From assembly GCA_011109175.1 (NCBI GenBank), contig RDEW01000021.1:135080-199079 (forward strand): a stretch of 64,000 nt of DNA. The letters are read 5' to 3'. This stretch comes from Dicyema japonicum (taxonomy: Eukaryota; Animalia; Dicyemida). The position numbers were made by a program, and so were the translations under genes. Every line of letters starts with the position of its first letter. Within the stretch, counting starts at the first letter, position 1. This document shows positions 61,835-64,000 of this stretch, one piece after another. Under the pieces are notes generated by a model. It saw nothing but the letters and a program-made list of their open reading frames with translations. It ran no database searches and was not told where the DNA came from.

Positions 61835-64000
61835 TTACCGAATTATCATTTGTCTGCTTAACCTTTCAGCCACACATTTCCTCACATTCATGTTTTTGGT
61901 AATATAATTCACATTTGGCTGTCTCCTCACCAATTCCACTGGTTTGATCACACGGGGTAGAATTAATGGGGGTAATATTCAGGTATCTTCCCAACAACGT
62001 CAAATAGCCACATCATCTCATCAGTCTAACACATATAATCCTTAAATCACCTTAATTATCAATTTAGCCATTTTCGTTCTCCCATACTGTTGGGGGTGGA
62101 ATGTTACGTATATTTCTGAGCTTTCGTCCTTTATGGGAGACAATATTCCTGTTCTAGGAAGACTGAGAGTTCCTTATCACTTCCCTCTTCAAAATAGGCC
62201 TGGAATTTGTTTTCATTACAAAATCATTAAATTTAACTACTCATTGTGACTGGTCAGCTGAAACACGACAGAGGACTTTTTATCAAGTCCAACAGATTCT
62301 ATCATAATTGTGTCGTCCACCATTGGGTGGTCGCTGTAAACGAGAACGGAAGACTCCACCTCTTCTCATTGGTCTTTGATAGCTGTAACTTGGCTTTGTA
62401 CCAAATTGTGATGACAAATATTACTTTATTGGATATCCACAGTAAAACTTTACAGACATTACTATGTGATCCTGAGAGTCCACTCTGATTCCCCCAAATA
62501 TATTGACAGAATTGTATTTGAGGTTATTAGCCTCAGAGACCCACTTATAGTCAAACTCTTCTATTACGCTTGGTTTGCCTAAAAGTAGTCTATCGATTTA
62601 ACCTTTCCACTCCAAAAGAAGCCTTTCCGCCTCAATTTCACTGATAATATGCACTTCTGGCTCATTTTGGTGGTCGAGGACAATTTTGTATAATCTTTCA
62701 GCCGTAGATCGACACGGTGTAGTAAATATGAATGAGGTCCCATAGCCATTATTAGTACTAATAGCCACCCCCTCAATGGGGAATGTCCACTCTATTGACT
62801 CCAATTGGTTCATTTGCTGATTCCTACGAATATGCAATTATTTACTCGCAGAATGTGAAGTAATCCCCCGTCTTCGGTCTCACGATAACAGAGAGAGTTG
62901 AGTTATAGTGGGAGATGAGTTGATTGGGAGTAAATGTAATAGGGATGTCCACCATTTCATTCGTTCTGAGTTGGGAGATTAATTTATTACTCAATTTAAA
63001 TTCATCCTCGTCTAATGAGTACACAAAGACTCCTTACTCGACAACTTCAGTTGGAATTTTATCGGAAAGTCAAAGGGATTTCTAAATGGGAGAAACGTCG
63101 TCGACTCAAACCCACGGTATGAGGTCACTGAGAGTATCTCCTGCTTCCCAGGTACGTCCCCAAAGGCTTCGATATAGTAGCTTAGTATTCCGAACTGTAA
63201 TCCCCAAAAGACAACAACCTGCTTAGACTGGAAGTTTATTGTGGCCGAATGTCCCTCGTATCCAATATTGTGGGGGATGAATATTATCTTCACGTCTGTG
63301 GAATCATTCGGGGGGACGGATATTGCCCCTTCAGCGAAATCAACAATTCTATACGAGTTCCCATTGTCTACGGTTGGGGTAATAATCACATTTTCATCAG
63401 TTGGATTGGGGATTGTAATCATAAACTCGTGCCAACTAGAATAAAAAAGAACAGGGGACCAATCCAATCTCACATCGAAGTGGGGAATTGTGATTGGGAG
63501 GGGATTCTCAGCAGTCAGTACGATTCATACCAAAACTCACCAATTCCGAATTATAGAATATTAAAACTACGATAACAACGACAGAATGCCTTCCATTGCT
63601 GTTCCCAATGTTTAGTGGAACATATTCCAACTCATAGACAGTACTTTGATTCCCCCCAATCGTAATTTCACTGGGACCATACAAATCCTGTCCCGACACG
63701 TCTACTTGAAACGACATGAGATAATCTGCTGGTTGGTCACCACAACCTGCAGTGATTTTTTGCTCTGAGTGTTGTACTCTAATCACTACCTGACAGGGAC
63801 AGATAATCTCCAACGTCTTTTCAGGTGGGGGGGTCAACGTTTATTTCCATTCTGTACCAAATAGTGGAGTCATTTTTAGTATTACTCTCAAACTCACATG
63901 AGAGGATGTCATCACCGTCACTGTCCAACTCTCTATTGGTAGTTATGACATATTCAACGCAATGGGGATTTCACACGTGGTGAACTGAATGATCCCTTGT
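61835..64000 (-). CDS. CFAP47: CFAP47 (cilia/flagella-associated, ASH/Ig repeats), 3' part; runs off the window
   Basis: IFYNSEL..FWY, HSATINFQSKQ, STTFLPFRNPF, IEWTFPIEG, FQAYFEEGSD.ELSVFP.TG and PNVNYITKN follow the CFAP47 C-terminal order as recalled from the human protein. Confidence 0.8.

Overview
AT-rich, compact animal nuclear DNA. Conserved genes are split by extremely short GT-AG introns, mostly 20-28 nt. Recognisable genes: beta-TrCP, WDR4, two FHOD-type formins, a CPEB2-4/Orb2-type protein, two TSPO copies, NAF1, a divergent Smad, the 3' half of CFAP47, a kinase-less EGFR-like ectodomain, decayed C-type-lectin/mucin genes and tRNA-Ile(AAT). Animal-specific genes, about 22-25 nt introns and a ciliary gene together suggest a dicyemid-like reduced metazoan (inference only). 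Roughly half the window is transposon-derived. This includes one intact TSD-flanked RTE LINE, APE-RT LINEs with a decayed 2A (StopGo) motif and a shared 3' hairpin, hAT/Tigger nests, a tRNA-SINE, and a TIR-bounded rve-integrase element carrying a telomere-like array. Several conserved genes need 1-nt frame corrections, so assembly indels are likely and pseudogene calls are provisional. All alignments and translations beyond the supplied ORF track were done by eye.
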